From a virus (taxonomy: Duplodnaviria > Caudoviricetes): DNA of 56,241 nt. Position numbers and translations under genes: made by a program. Shown here one piece after another: positions 20,016 to 27,168 of this stretch. Every line of letters begins with the position of its first letter. The stretch's first letter is position 1. The DNA lies in the IMG/VR virus record IMGVR_UViG_3300038825_000174, positions 1 through 56,241 of that record. One strand, written 5' to 3'. A model generated the notes under the pieces. That model made no database searches, was not told where the DNA came from, and saw only the letters and a program-made list of their open reading frames with translations.

Positions 20016-20293
20016 TAGGTTGGTTCTCCTCGTTTGCCACCCTCTTGCATAAACAATTTTACTGTTTCTTCAGGCACACACATAATCTGCTCTGGTGGTC
20101 TGTTGCCATACTCTTTAATTAAAGCTCGTGCAAGCTTGAACGGATGATCCCCTATAAACCTCTGGCACATGACTGAACTGTGAAAGTGTCCGTGATCTAA
20201 TGGGTTATTAAATATAAATACATCCTTTGTTCCATCTGTATATACACCAGACATTACTGCTACTATAAACCATGCTTTAGCTATCATTGTCAA
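20015..20293 (-). CDS. Hypothetical protein
   Basis: ORF in the coupled minus-strand operon. Confidence 0.5.
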   Translation of the reverse strand: MTMIAKAWFIVAVMSGVYTDGTKDVFIFNNPLDHGHFHSSVMCQRFIGDHPFKLARALIKEYGNRPPEQIMCVPEETVKLFMQEGGKRGEPT

Positions 20294-20304
20294 AATACCC
20301 CATA

Positions 20305-20553
20305 TTATGTAACCTTTCTATAACTTCTCGTTTTCTTAGCAATACTTTTAGGTTGTTTAACGAATTGTTTTCCTGCCGCCTTGCCTTTTCTTTTAGCTCT
20401 AGTTGTTGCTGCGTACTCTTGGGGTGATAGAGCCTTGATTGCAGCCGTTGGAAGATAGCGTTCTCCAGTTTGTTTACTCGGCTTACCACTTTTCGTTCTC
20501 CATTTTTGCTTTGTCCACGATTTAAGACTTCTTTGACTTTTTGCTAGTGCCAT
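20305..20553 (-). CDS. Basic protein, DUF5872-like C-terminal half
   Basis: SLKSWTKQKWRTKSG...RYLP..AIKALS...GKQFV. Confidence 0.55.
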   Translation of the reverse strand: MALAKSQRSLKSWTKQKWRTKSGKPSKQTGERYLPTAAIKALSPQEYAATTRAKRKGKAAGKQFVKQPKSIAKKTRSYRKVT

Positions 20554-20621
20554 TTTTCCTTGCCTTACTGGGTATTATACCCTTATTTACGGCTCTAGCC
20601 CTTTCACTAAAGCCTAATTTC

Positions 20622-20936
20622 TTACCTTGCTTTACTTTTGCTCTTATTGTTGCTAGTTTTGCTACCACGTTGTCTCTTTAATGTTTCTTTCGCTTTCTTG
20701 GCAAGCCTAGATTGTTCAACTTTTCCTGCAAACCTAGCTCGTTGTTCAAGAACGGTGAGGATTTGGATCTTCCTCGCATAGGGTTTGTTAATTCTTTTAA
20801 CTTTTGCAATAGTTTCTTTTGCATCTTTCACCGTAGCATACTTGATACTTACTGTATCCTTAGGATTTTCATCCGTATAGAGTCTTCGTCCACTTCCTTT
20901 AGGCTTTTTGCCTGTGCCAACCTTAGGGTCAGCCAT
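20622..20936 (-). CDS. Small basic hypothetical protein
   Basis: LYTDENPKDTVSIKYAT..DA motif; TAATG coupling. Confidence 0.55.
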   Translation of the reverse strand: MADPKVGTGKKPKGSGRRLYTDENPKDTVSIKYATVKDAKETIAKVKRINKPYARKIQILTVLEQRARFAGKVEQSRLAKKAKETLKRQRGSKTSNNKSKSKAR

Positions 20937-21217
20937 TACTTATAGCCCCCACCTGCTTTTTTGTAGCGTTGTGCTAGTAATTGTGCCTTTCTTGCAGACC
21001 ATTGTCCGGGATTACCCCCTTTTGACCCTGCTTTTATAGCTTGAAACATTCTTTTTCTCATTCCGGGCTTGGTATAGTTACCTGCTTTGTTAACAGTACT
21101 ACCACCTTTGCTTAATTTGATAGCTGATAAAGCTTTTGCCTGTCCTGCGTGAGCCTGACTAGCCTTTTTTAGCTTTCCTGCTACCTTTTTTATTGTTGCC
21201 TTTGCTTTTGCTGCCAT
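20936..21217 (-). CDS. Basic protein, DUF5872-like N-terminal half
   Basis: YTKP..R....IKAGSKGGNPGQWSARKAQLLA..YKKAGGGY; GAGGA RBS before ATG 21217. Confidence 0.55.
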   Translation of the reverse strand: MAAKAKATIKKVAGKLKKASQAHAGQAKALSAIKLSKGGSTVNKAGNYTKPGMRKRMFQAIKAGSKGGNPGQWSARKAQLLAQRYKKAGGGYK

Positions 21218-21890
21218 AGTTATCCTCATATAAGTTGTTAAATACCCTTTGGGTATCCCACACATACTCCGTTTCTTGTTTTGAATGAAAGATTCTTTGG
21301 GAGGGTCTAAAGTCAGGTGGTCCTTCTCCTGTTTCGAACCATGCAGGGTGGGTCACTCTGACTCTATTATTAGGTAATGCCACGATATTTCCTGTATATT
21401 TACCTGCATCCATCAGTTCTAGTACGTGTGACTGCTTGTGTTGGGCAGGATCGTCAGCTATTTCACTGTTAGTATAGTCTACAGTAAAGTAATACTTAGC
21501 AGGATAGAACTCACCATCAACTTTTGCTATCCAAGGAGCAGGTGTAGCTCTGTTAAGTACGTACACACTGTGGTCATGGGACATACAATCCCAAGGTTGA
21601 GCAATGTACGGTGGCATTTCTTCAGCCCACTCGTCCACAGGAGTGTCTCCTACTAGGGCTGTAATAGGCATTCTCGCCCACATTGCACCACCGTGTACAT
21701 TTGGCTCGTCAGTATCATCAGATTCACAGCCAGTAAATATTACTTGAAAGCTTAGTGATCTGTTTGGCATTGAGGTTACTGCAATAACCATGCAGTGTAA
21801 AAACTCACCATGATACTGAGCAAAGTTACAGGTATACTCTCGTCTTACCCAAGCTTTGAAATACGGAATGTTACTTTGAAGATATGCCAT
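21159..21890 (-). CDS. Conserved marine phage hypothetical protein
   Basis: GAMWARMPI, PWDC, YFTVD, HKQSH and ALPNNR motifs; own promoter. Confidence 0.6.
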   Translation of the reverse strand: MAYLQSNIPYFKAWVRREYTCNFAQYHGEFLHCMVIAVTSMPNRSLSFQVIFTGCESDDTDEPNVHGGAMWARMPITALVGDTPVDEWAEEMPPYIAQPWDCMSHDHSVYVLNRATPAPWIAKVDGEFYPAKYYFTVDYTNSEIADDPAQHKQSHVLELMDAGKYTGNIVALPNNRVRVTHPAWFETGEGPPDFRPSQRIFHSKQETEYVWDTQRVFNNLYEDNYGSKSKGNNKKGSRKAKKG

Positions 21891-21899
21891 AGTGACATA

Positions 21900-21928
21900 A
21901 TTATACTACTTCTTCTTTCGGTTGTCAA
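21900..21928 (-). promoter_or_regulatory. Sigma70-like promoter
   Basis: TTGACA-N17-TATAAT on the minus strand. Confidence 0.7.
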
Positions 21929-22808
21929 CACTTCCGTATGTTTTTCCTTTAGCCATACCACCTACTTTGTACTTTACTGTCATACCACCTGCTGCATAGC
22001 CCTTCTTCTTCATGCCACCACGAGCCATACCCTTCTTTTTCATCATGCCACCTTTTTGAGCATAACCCATTTTGTTTCGTACAGTAGTGGGTAACTTCTT
22101 GAGTCCAGTTTGATTAGCTGCAGGTTTCTTGAGTCCACCCATAGCCATACCTTTCTTCTTCATCATAGCTCCTCCACGAGCCATGCCTTTCTTTTTCATC
22201 ATAGCACCACCTTTAGCCATGCCTTTTTTCTTCATCATACCACCTTTAGCTTTAGCCATACCCTTCTCCTTTGCAAGTTTTCTAACTAATTCTACACGTT
22301 CTCTATCTTCTTTGAGTTGCTTCTTTTCATAAGCTTTCATATCCTGATCTTTAGTCTTAGGAACATTTTTAGAAGGATCATATCCCTTCATCTTTGTTTT
22401 AGTTATAGCTCCTCTTACATTAGCTTTGTCAAAAGCTCTTGCAGCTACACCATCTACTCTAGATTGTAAAGCTTCTAGTTGTTTTCTTTGTGCTGATGTC
22501 AACTCTGAGTTTTTCTTTAGAGCCAATAGCTCTGCTACAATCTGTCTTTCCTTCTTTGCTGCTGAAGCATATGTTATTTTATCTTTAGTTGTGGGTGCTT
22601 TTTCTCCTGCGTCTTTACCTTTGTTAGCATCCCTCATTCTCTTTCGTGCTGCAGATCCTTCAGTTGAAGGTCTTCCCTCTGCACGGAAAGCACTAAACCT
22701 CATACCCTTTAGACTGTTCATAAATTTACGAACCTTTTGCCCCAATGCATTCATTCTTTCTTTTGAGATGCCTTTACCTTGTGGCTTTTTTAATTTAACT
22801 CTACTCAT
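21906..22808 (-). CDS. Highly basic protein with C-terminal (M)MKKKGMAxGG repeats
   Basis: K/R/M/G-rich; repeats visible at DNA level at ~21960-22270. Confidence 0.7.
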   Translation of the reverse strand: MSRVKLKKPQGKGISKERMNALGQKVRKFMNSLKGMRFSAFRAEGRPSTEGSAARKRMRDANKGKDAGEKAPTTKDKITYASAAKKERQIVAELLALKKNSELTSAQRKQLEALQSRVDGVAARAFDKANVRGAITKTKMKGYDPSKNVPKTKDQDMKAYEKKQLKEDRERVELVRKLAKEKGMAKAKGGMMKKKGMAKGGAMMKKKGMARGGAMMKKKGMAMGGLKKPAANQTGLKKLPTTVRNKMGYAQKGGMMKKKGMARGGMKKKGYAAGGMTVKYKVGGMAKGKTYGSVDNRKKK

Positions 22809-23034
22809 TGTCAGTATCTCCTTTATCTTCTGACCATCCCTCGGCTCTCATTGAATCCTCTACGTGCTTTAATGTAAAGGATCTCCCATAATGAGCTTCT
22901 ACTGCTGCCTTCACGTAGAATACATCACTATGAGGTATGTGGAGCTTGTCCAAGTTGTTATTGATTACGTGTTTATAAAACTCTTCAATAACATTATCTG
23001 TGTATAGTTTTACGGATTTTTTTCCCATTGTCAA
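22801..23034 (-). CDS. Hypothetical protein, first gene of the leftward arm
   Basis: LHIPHSDVFYVKAAVEAHYG; start codon uncertain. Confidence 0.5.
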   Translation of the reverse strand: MTMGKKSVKLYTDNVIEEFYKHVINNNLDKLHIPHSDVFYVKAAVEAHYGRSFTLKHVEDSMRAEGWSEDKGDTDNE

Positions 23035-23195
23035 TTATTTTTTTGGAAAGTACGGAGAATGCCTATTACCGTACATTTAAATGTATCATATAAGTGTTAA
23101 TTTATTTTTAATGAATAAACATTTAAGTGTATCACTTTATATGTCATCTTAGAACTAGTTATATATAATTATAACAGATTCTGTGAGTATGTCAA
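23005..23195 (-). promoter_or_regulatory. Two leftward sigma70-like promoters
   Basis: TTGACA-N16-TATAAT (23168-23195) and TTGACA-N16-TAAAAC (23007-23034). Confidence 0.6.
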
Positions 23196-23627
23196 TATGC
23201 AATCTCAGCCAATTCAGTCAAATATTTGGCAGCAGCAGTTTCATATATACAAAAGTGGTTAACATTCAAAAATCCTAATCTGTGTATTTATACAAGCATA
23301 TAACGCCAGTACCCCTAGGTGTCCCCTGCCTGTAAGGCAGTCATGCAGTCTTATGATTCGAAGACTTGGTCAAGATCAGAAACAAGCAAATCACTACCAT
23401 AGGTAGTGTAAGTTATTGAAATATAAGCATATATTTCTAATAAACAACTGTTATCACATCAGTTGCAAGCAACTGTAGCTTCTTAAAATCTTCAATTCCC
23501 AGAGAATTGAGTAAAATTAGAGTGCCGATGCATGGTTTAGTTGGTACAACTAACCTACCCCAACATTGGGACAACTTATATATCCTCATTTTTATTTACA
23601 CCATGAAATGGGTAAATGTAAATAAAA
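23035..23627. other. Divergent non-coding region, probable genome termini / packaging-end region
   Basis: Largest intergenic gap; separates the two transcription arms; GC cluster at ~23309-23340 in an AT-rich context. Confidence 0.5.
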
Positions 23628-23642
23628 ATGAGGATTAATATA

Positions 23643-24317
23643 ATGTCAAATCAAACAGCAAAAGCTTTCGAAACTTTCACTGGTACTCTCGAAGAGAGAG
23701 GTTCTGTTCTAGCGAAGCTAGAGAAACAGAGAGTAACTAGCCTTGAGAAGGCTAACACTAAAGACGTAGTCTTTAATGGTTTAGCTTATCAACTGGGACA
23801 GTTGATCCATGAACTCACTCTAGAGAGTGACTCTGGTCGAATAACTTCAGATAGGTTGCAAGCAACCTCGATGAACAAAGTTGCTTCTCAGAGAAGAAGC
23901 GAAGCTTTACAGCTTTACAGAAACTTTGATGCCATTCAAGAATGGCTCAAGGGAAGAGTTGTCAAGAAGAGAAAGCAGAAGATTGCTTTCACTTCTCTAA
24001 CAGCAATGCTGAAAGCATTCAAGTTTGAAACTCAACCTAAGGTTGAGAAGACAGATGATAAATCATCTGCTACACCATCAACTAAGGTTGATGAAAAGCC
24101 CAACGTTGGGACTACTCAACCAAAGGCTGAAACACAAGATGCTAAAGCATCTGATACTCAACCTAAGGTTGAGAAAGTGAGAGTTCCACAGAACTCTAAA
24201 GAGTTTGCTGACTACGTTCACAAACTAGTTATCAAATTTGGATTTGATAAAGATGAAGTTCTTGAAGCTATCTTTGATAGCTTTGAGAATAAAACAGCTA
24301 AAAAGAGAGTAGCTTAA
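23643..24317 (+). CDS. First early protein, basic, with TQPKVEK repeats
   Basis: ORF 23628-24317; GAGGA RBS favours ATG 23643; ends in a 9-bp hairpin (24305-24328). Confidence 0.7.
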   Translation: MSNQTAKAFETFTGTLEERGSVLAKLEKQRVTSLEKANTKDVVFNGLAYQLGQLIHELTLESDSGRITSDRLQATSMNKVASQRRSEALQLYRNFDAIQEWLKGRVVKKRKQKIAFTSLTAMLKAFKFETQPKVEKTDDKSSATPSTKVDEKPNVGTTQPKAETQDAKASDTQPKVEKVRVPQNSKEFADYVHKLVIKFGFDKDEVLEAIFDSFENKTAKKRVA

Positions 24318-24348
24318 TTGCTACTCTCACTTTAATCGGAGATTAAAC

Positions 24349-24423
24349 ATGAATACATTTGAAGACATCTTTGGATGTCTTGCCATATTTATTGGCTTGA
24401 CAATCTTATTATATGTAACCTAA
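24349..24423 (+). CDS. Small hydrophobic peptide (24 aa)
   Basis: GGAG RBS; MNTFEDIFGCLAIFIGLTILLYVT. Confidence 0.45.
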   Translation: MNTFEDIFGCLAIFIGLTILLYVT

Positions 24424-24968
24424 TATATTTATTCACTCAGTATGAGTGAAGTAAATAAATATATTAGTCAACAACAGTCCCAACATTGGGACACAACTTA
24501 ACGGAGTTAAACATGAAAAAAGTTTCTGCATTAATTGATGAAATCAATAAAGGTTTGCCAAAGAAAAAGATATCTTATGGATATCTTGGTAACGTTTATT
24601 TTTCCAAAGGAAAACAGGTTGATGATACCTCTTGGAGAATCTTTGTGCCACCTACAGAAAGAGAGGTGGTAACACGGACATATAAATCACGTATAGAAGG
24701 ACAGGAAGGTCTTGAAAAGACCTACACTACTTCTGTAGGCTCTGCTCCTTACGGAGATAGCATTGGTGGTTTCCACAGAGCAGATGCCGAAGAGCATTGT
24801 CTTTCTATACTAGAAAGATTAATGAGTGGTGAAACTCTTAGAACAAATAGTGGAGCAGACTTTAAACTGTAATATATTTATTCACTCAGTATGAGTGAAG
24901 TAAATAAATATATTACTTGGATTGAAACAGTCCCAACGTTGGGACACTTTAACGGAGTTAACATGAAA
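24421..24968 (+). repeat. Duplicated ~100 bp leader module (hairpin, palindrome, RBS, ATG)
   Basis: 46-nt identical TAATATATTTATTCACTCAGTATGAGTGAAGTAAATAAATATATTA at 24421 and 24870, each followed by ACAGTCCCAAC.TTGGGACAC and TTAACGGAGTTAA(A)CATGAAA. Confidence 0.9.
24513..24872 (+). CDS. Early hypothetical protein
   Basis: GGAG RBS before ATG 24513 in ORF 24486-24872. Confidence 0.65.
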   Translation: MKKVSALIDEINKGLPKKKISYGYLGNVYFSKGKQVDDTSWRIFVPPTEREVVTRTYKSRIEGQEGLEKTYTTSVGSAPYGDSIGGFHRADAEEHCLSILERLMSGETLRTNSGADFKL

Positions 24969-25640
24969 GTTAGATTTACAAAAATGTCTGCCAACCGAAA
25001 GGTTGGTAAGATGACTGTGACAACTACAGAGAGACAGTCCTGTCCTGATGCCTGTCCATTCAAAGGGAATGGATGCTATGCCGATGGCTTCCCATTGGCA
25101 GGTGTTTGGAACAGAGTTCCAGATGAAGGTCATGATTGGGACACTCTGTGTGACAGAGTGGAGCATGAAGCCACAGATGTGTGGAGACATAATCAGGCAG
25201 GAGATTGTCCAAAGGACAAGCACAATCCTGAGTTGATTGATGCTCCAAAAATGCTACAGCTTGTTCATGCTAATAAACGTGGGAACAAGAAGGGCATGAC
25301 CTATACACATTACAGTATGGCTTATAGCCATAACAGAAATGTGGTCAAAAAAGCCAACAGTAATGGTTTTACCATTAACTTGTCTGGCAATAACCTAAGT
25401 CATGCAGATGACTTGTTTGATCTTGGTATAGCACCAGTTACCACTGTGCTACCTATTGATCAGATGACTAACACGACTACTCCCAAAGGGAGAAAGGTTG
25501 TAGTCTGTCCTGCTGTCATCAAAGATGACGTGTCTTGTATGACTTGCAAGTTGTGTTGGAAACAGCGTGATGCAATCGTAGGTTTCCCTGCACATGGAAA
25601 CAGTAAACAAAAAGCAAATGGAGTTGCAAATGCAGAGTAA
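24963..25640 (+). CDS. Cys-rich early protein (DUF7227-like; possible metal or Fe-S binding)
   Basis: CPDACPFKGNGCYA, WRHNQAGD, TYTH, GFTINLS, CPA...C..C.LC. Confidence 0.6.
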   Translation: MKVRFTKMSANRKVGKMTVTTTERQSCPDACPFKGNGCYADGFPLAGVWNRVPDEGHDWDTLCDRVEHEATDVWRHNQAGDCPKDKHNPELIDAPKMLQLVHANKRGNKKGMTYTHYSMAYSHNRNVVKKANSNGFTINLSGNNLSHADDLFDLGIAPVTTVLPIDQMTNTTTPKGRKVVVCPAVIKDDVSCMTCKLCWKQRDAIVGFPAHGNSKQKANGVANAE

Positions 25641-25773
25641 CAGTAACTTTGAAAAAGTTAAAAAGAAACCAGACAGTCCCAACGTTGGGACAGATAGAAG
25701 AGCCAAACACTCTCTCCTCAGAGAGAGAAGGCTTGTCCGTAAACTTAGACTACGTCAGAAGGGAGTAGCTTAA
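25630..25773 (+). CDS. Small basic early protein (47 aa)
   Basis: Read manually; GGAG RBS, TAATG coupling to the next gene; contains one palindrome copy. Confidence 0.5.
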   Translation: MQSNSNFEKVKKKPDSPNVGTDRRAKHSLLRERRLVRKLRLRQKGVA

Positions 25774-26147
25774 TGGATAAAAATGTTAGGACATATTGGA
25801 ATTTGCATGGTGGTCTGTGGTCTATCATGGATAGACAGACAGGCTTAGTCATAGGCAGACAGCCAGAACTGTTCCTATTGGTGGGCAGGTTTAATGTCCG
25901 TCAAGGTGGCAGACAGCGTGTACTTCTCGAAGGGAAGAAGAACGTCCATGCATTTGCAGAGGGATGGTATCCAGAGGTCTGGATTAGTCCCAAGTTCTAC
26001 CATGATGAGGGTAGGTCTGTGACCTACAATCCTTACAAGAACGATACCTTTGTCTATGTAGACAATGGTGAACCTGTTGGCGAGGTAGGTTCTATCTGGC
26101 TAACAACTACGGCTGAAGGCAAACCTTCAGTTAAAGTATACAGTTAA
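25773..26147 (+). CDS. Conserved phage hypothetical protein
   Basis: YWNLH, GRQRVL.E.KKNVHAF and YNPYK motifs. Confidence 0.65.
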   Translation: MDKNVRTYWNLHGGLWSIMDRQTGLVIGRQPELFLLVGRFNVRQGGRQRVLLEGKKNVHAFAEGWYPEVWISPKFYHDEGRSVTYNPYKNDTFVYVDNGEPVGEVGSIWLTTTAEGKPSVKVYS

Positions 26148-26155
26148 TATAATAC

Positions 26156-26184
26156 TTGATACTTTAGTGAAAGTATTATATAAC
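26156..26184 (+). promoter_or_regulatory. Sigma70-like early promoter inside an inverted repeat, with a palindrome just downstream
   Basis: TTGATA-N17-TATAAC; palindrome at 26203-26218. Confidence 0.5.
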
Positions 26185-26241
26185 TGTTCACATAACTCAA
26201 CAGTCCCAACGTTGGGACACAACACAGAAAGGAGCATTACC

Positions 26242-26556
26242 ATGCTTACATTTAACTTTGACAATCTTCCAAAGGGAGAAAAAATCTCTGGTGGTTTTAC
26301 TGCCGTAAAATTAATTGCTACAGCTATCAAGCTAAAGCTACAAGGCTACAAGCCTGTGATCTACAGGAATGACAACATCCAAGAAACTGGATGGTTTATC
26401 CGTAAGGGTAAAGGTGGCAAGTCTGGTGAGCCTTTGGTTCGCTTGAACTTTGGCAAGTCCTACTCTTCCTTCCATGCCTATGATAGGAAGGGCAAGCGAA
26501 GAGTGGCAAGCTATGTGCCTATCAAGTCCTTCTTGATACAGAAGAAGGTAGCCTAA
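26242..26556 (+). CDS. Basic early hypothetical protein
   Basis: AAGGAG RBS before ATG 26242. Confidence 0.6.
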   Translation: MLTFNFDNLPKGEKISGGFTAVKLIATAIKLKLQGYKPVIYRNDNIQETGWFIRKGKGGKSGEPLVRLNFGKSYSSFHAYDRKGKRRVASYVPIKSFLIQKKVA

Positions 26557-26558
26557 CC

Positions 26559-26798
26559 ATGATGCACTATGAGATATTTATCTCAGTGGATGGGCAACGA
26601 GGTGTGGTGAGAGTTGGTAGCTCTCACCCTCTCGTGAAGGGTACACCTTCTGCTATTGAGTATGCCTTGCATCTTACAGAGATGTGCTATCCAGACGCAG
26701 TAGTTGAGTTTGACTTTATCAAAGAGTACACTCTTGACGATGAACCAGACGTAGGCTATGTCTATGAAGCACCTACACCAGTACAAACATATCATTAA
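26559..26798 (+). CDS. Hypothetical protein
   Basis: ORF in the early operon. Confidence 0.5.
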   Translation: MMHYEIFISVDGQRGVVRVGSSHPLVKGTPSAIEYALHLTEMCYPDAVVEFDFIKEYTLDDEPDVGYVYEAPTPVQTYH

Positions 26799-26810
26799 TG
26801 GAGACAGCCA

Positions 26811-26999
26811 ATGGCTAAAATCATACACAAAAAACCAGTGCCTAAAAGACCACGCAATCTGCTTCATGCAGAGATGGTAACACAGGGCATCTTGACACAC
26901 AAAGTAATAGGTGACAAGAGGTCTAAGATATTAGAGAACAGAGCCAAGAAGAGGGCAATGGAGTTTAAGAAAATGAACAAGGAAGATTATGATGATTAA
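26811..26999 (+). CDS. Small basic hypothetical protein
   Basis: GGAG RBS; PRN...HKVIGDKR. Confidence 0.55.
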   Translation: MAKIIHKKPVPKRPRNLLHAEMVTQGILTHKVIGDKRSKILENRAKKRAMEFKKMNKEDYDD

Positions 27000-27168
27000 A
27001 AATTATGATGACTTTAAGGATAAAGTCTATGAACACAGATCCAAGCTACGTGGTATGCTCAAGCTACTCAAAGGTATAAAACCTTTGGAGTCTGAGGTCA
27101 CGAAAGCTTATAATATAATTAATGCAATTGAACAGGAGAGAACTGATGCAGAAAAAAATAGTGGTTAG
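26989..27168 (+). CDS. Hypothetical protein (59 aa)
   Basis: Read manually: MMIKNYDDFKDKVYEHRSKLRGML...; fills the gap before the methyltransferase. Confidence 0.45.
   Translation: MMIKNYDDFKDKVYEHRSKLRGMLKLLKGIKPLESEVTKAYNIINAIEQERTDAEKNSG

Larger units (their letters stand above)
23557..26218. repeat. Six dispersed copies of the palindrome GTCCCAAC(G/A)TTGGGAC
   Basis: Copies at 23557-23572, 24097-24112, 24477-24492, 24930-24945, 25676-25691, 26203-26218; three are perfect 16-bp palindromes. Confidence 0.92.

Noticed and set aside
502-22833. Many + strand ORFs opposite the structural genes (and - strand ORFs opposite the replication genes)
   Set aside because: Antisense shadows of real genes, with no RBS or recognisable motifs.
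23035-23627. tRNA gene or attP in the large intergenic region
   Set aside because: No cloverleaf or T-loop consensus seen; attP cannot be identified without a host genome.
24397-24426. Sigma70 promoter starting at TTGACA 24397
   Set aside because: No convincing -10 hexamer at 16-18 nt spacing.
23557-26218. Palindromic repeats as a CRISPR array
   Set aside because: Spacing is irregular (~380-750 bp), the intervening DNA is protein-coding and there is no cas operon. The Cas4-like nuclease is an ordinary phage replication-module gene.
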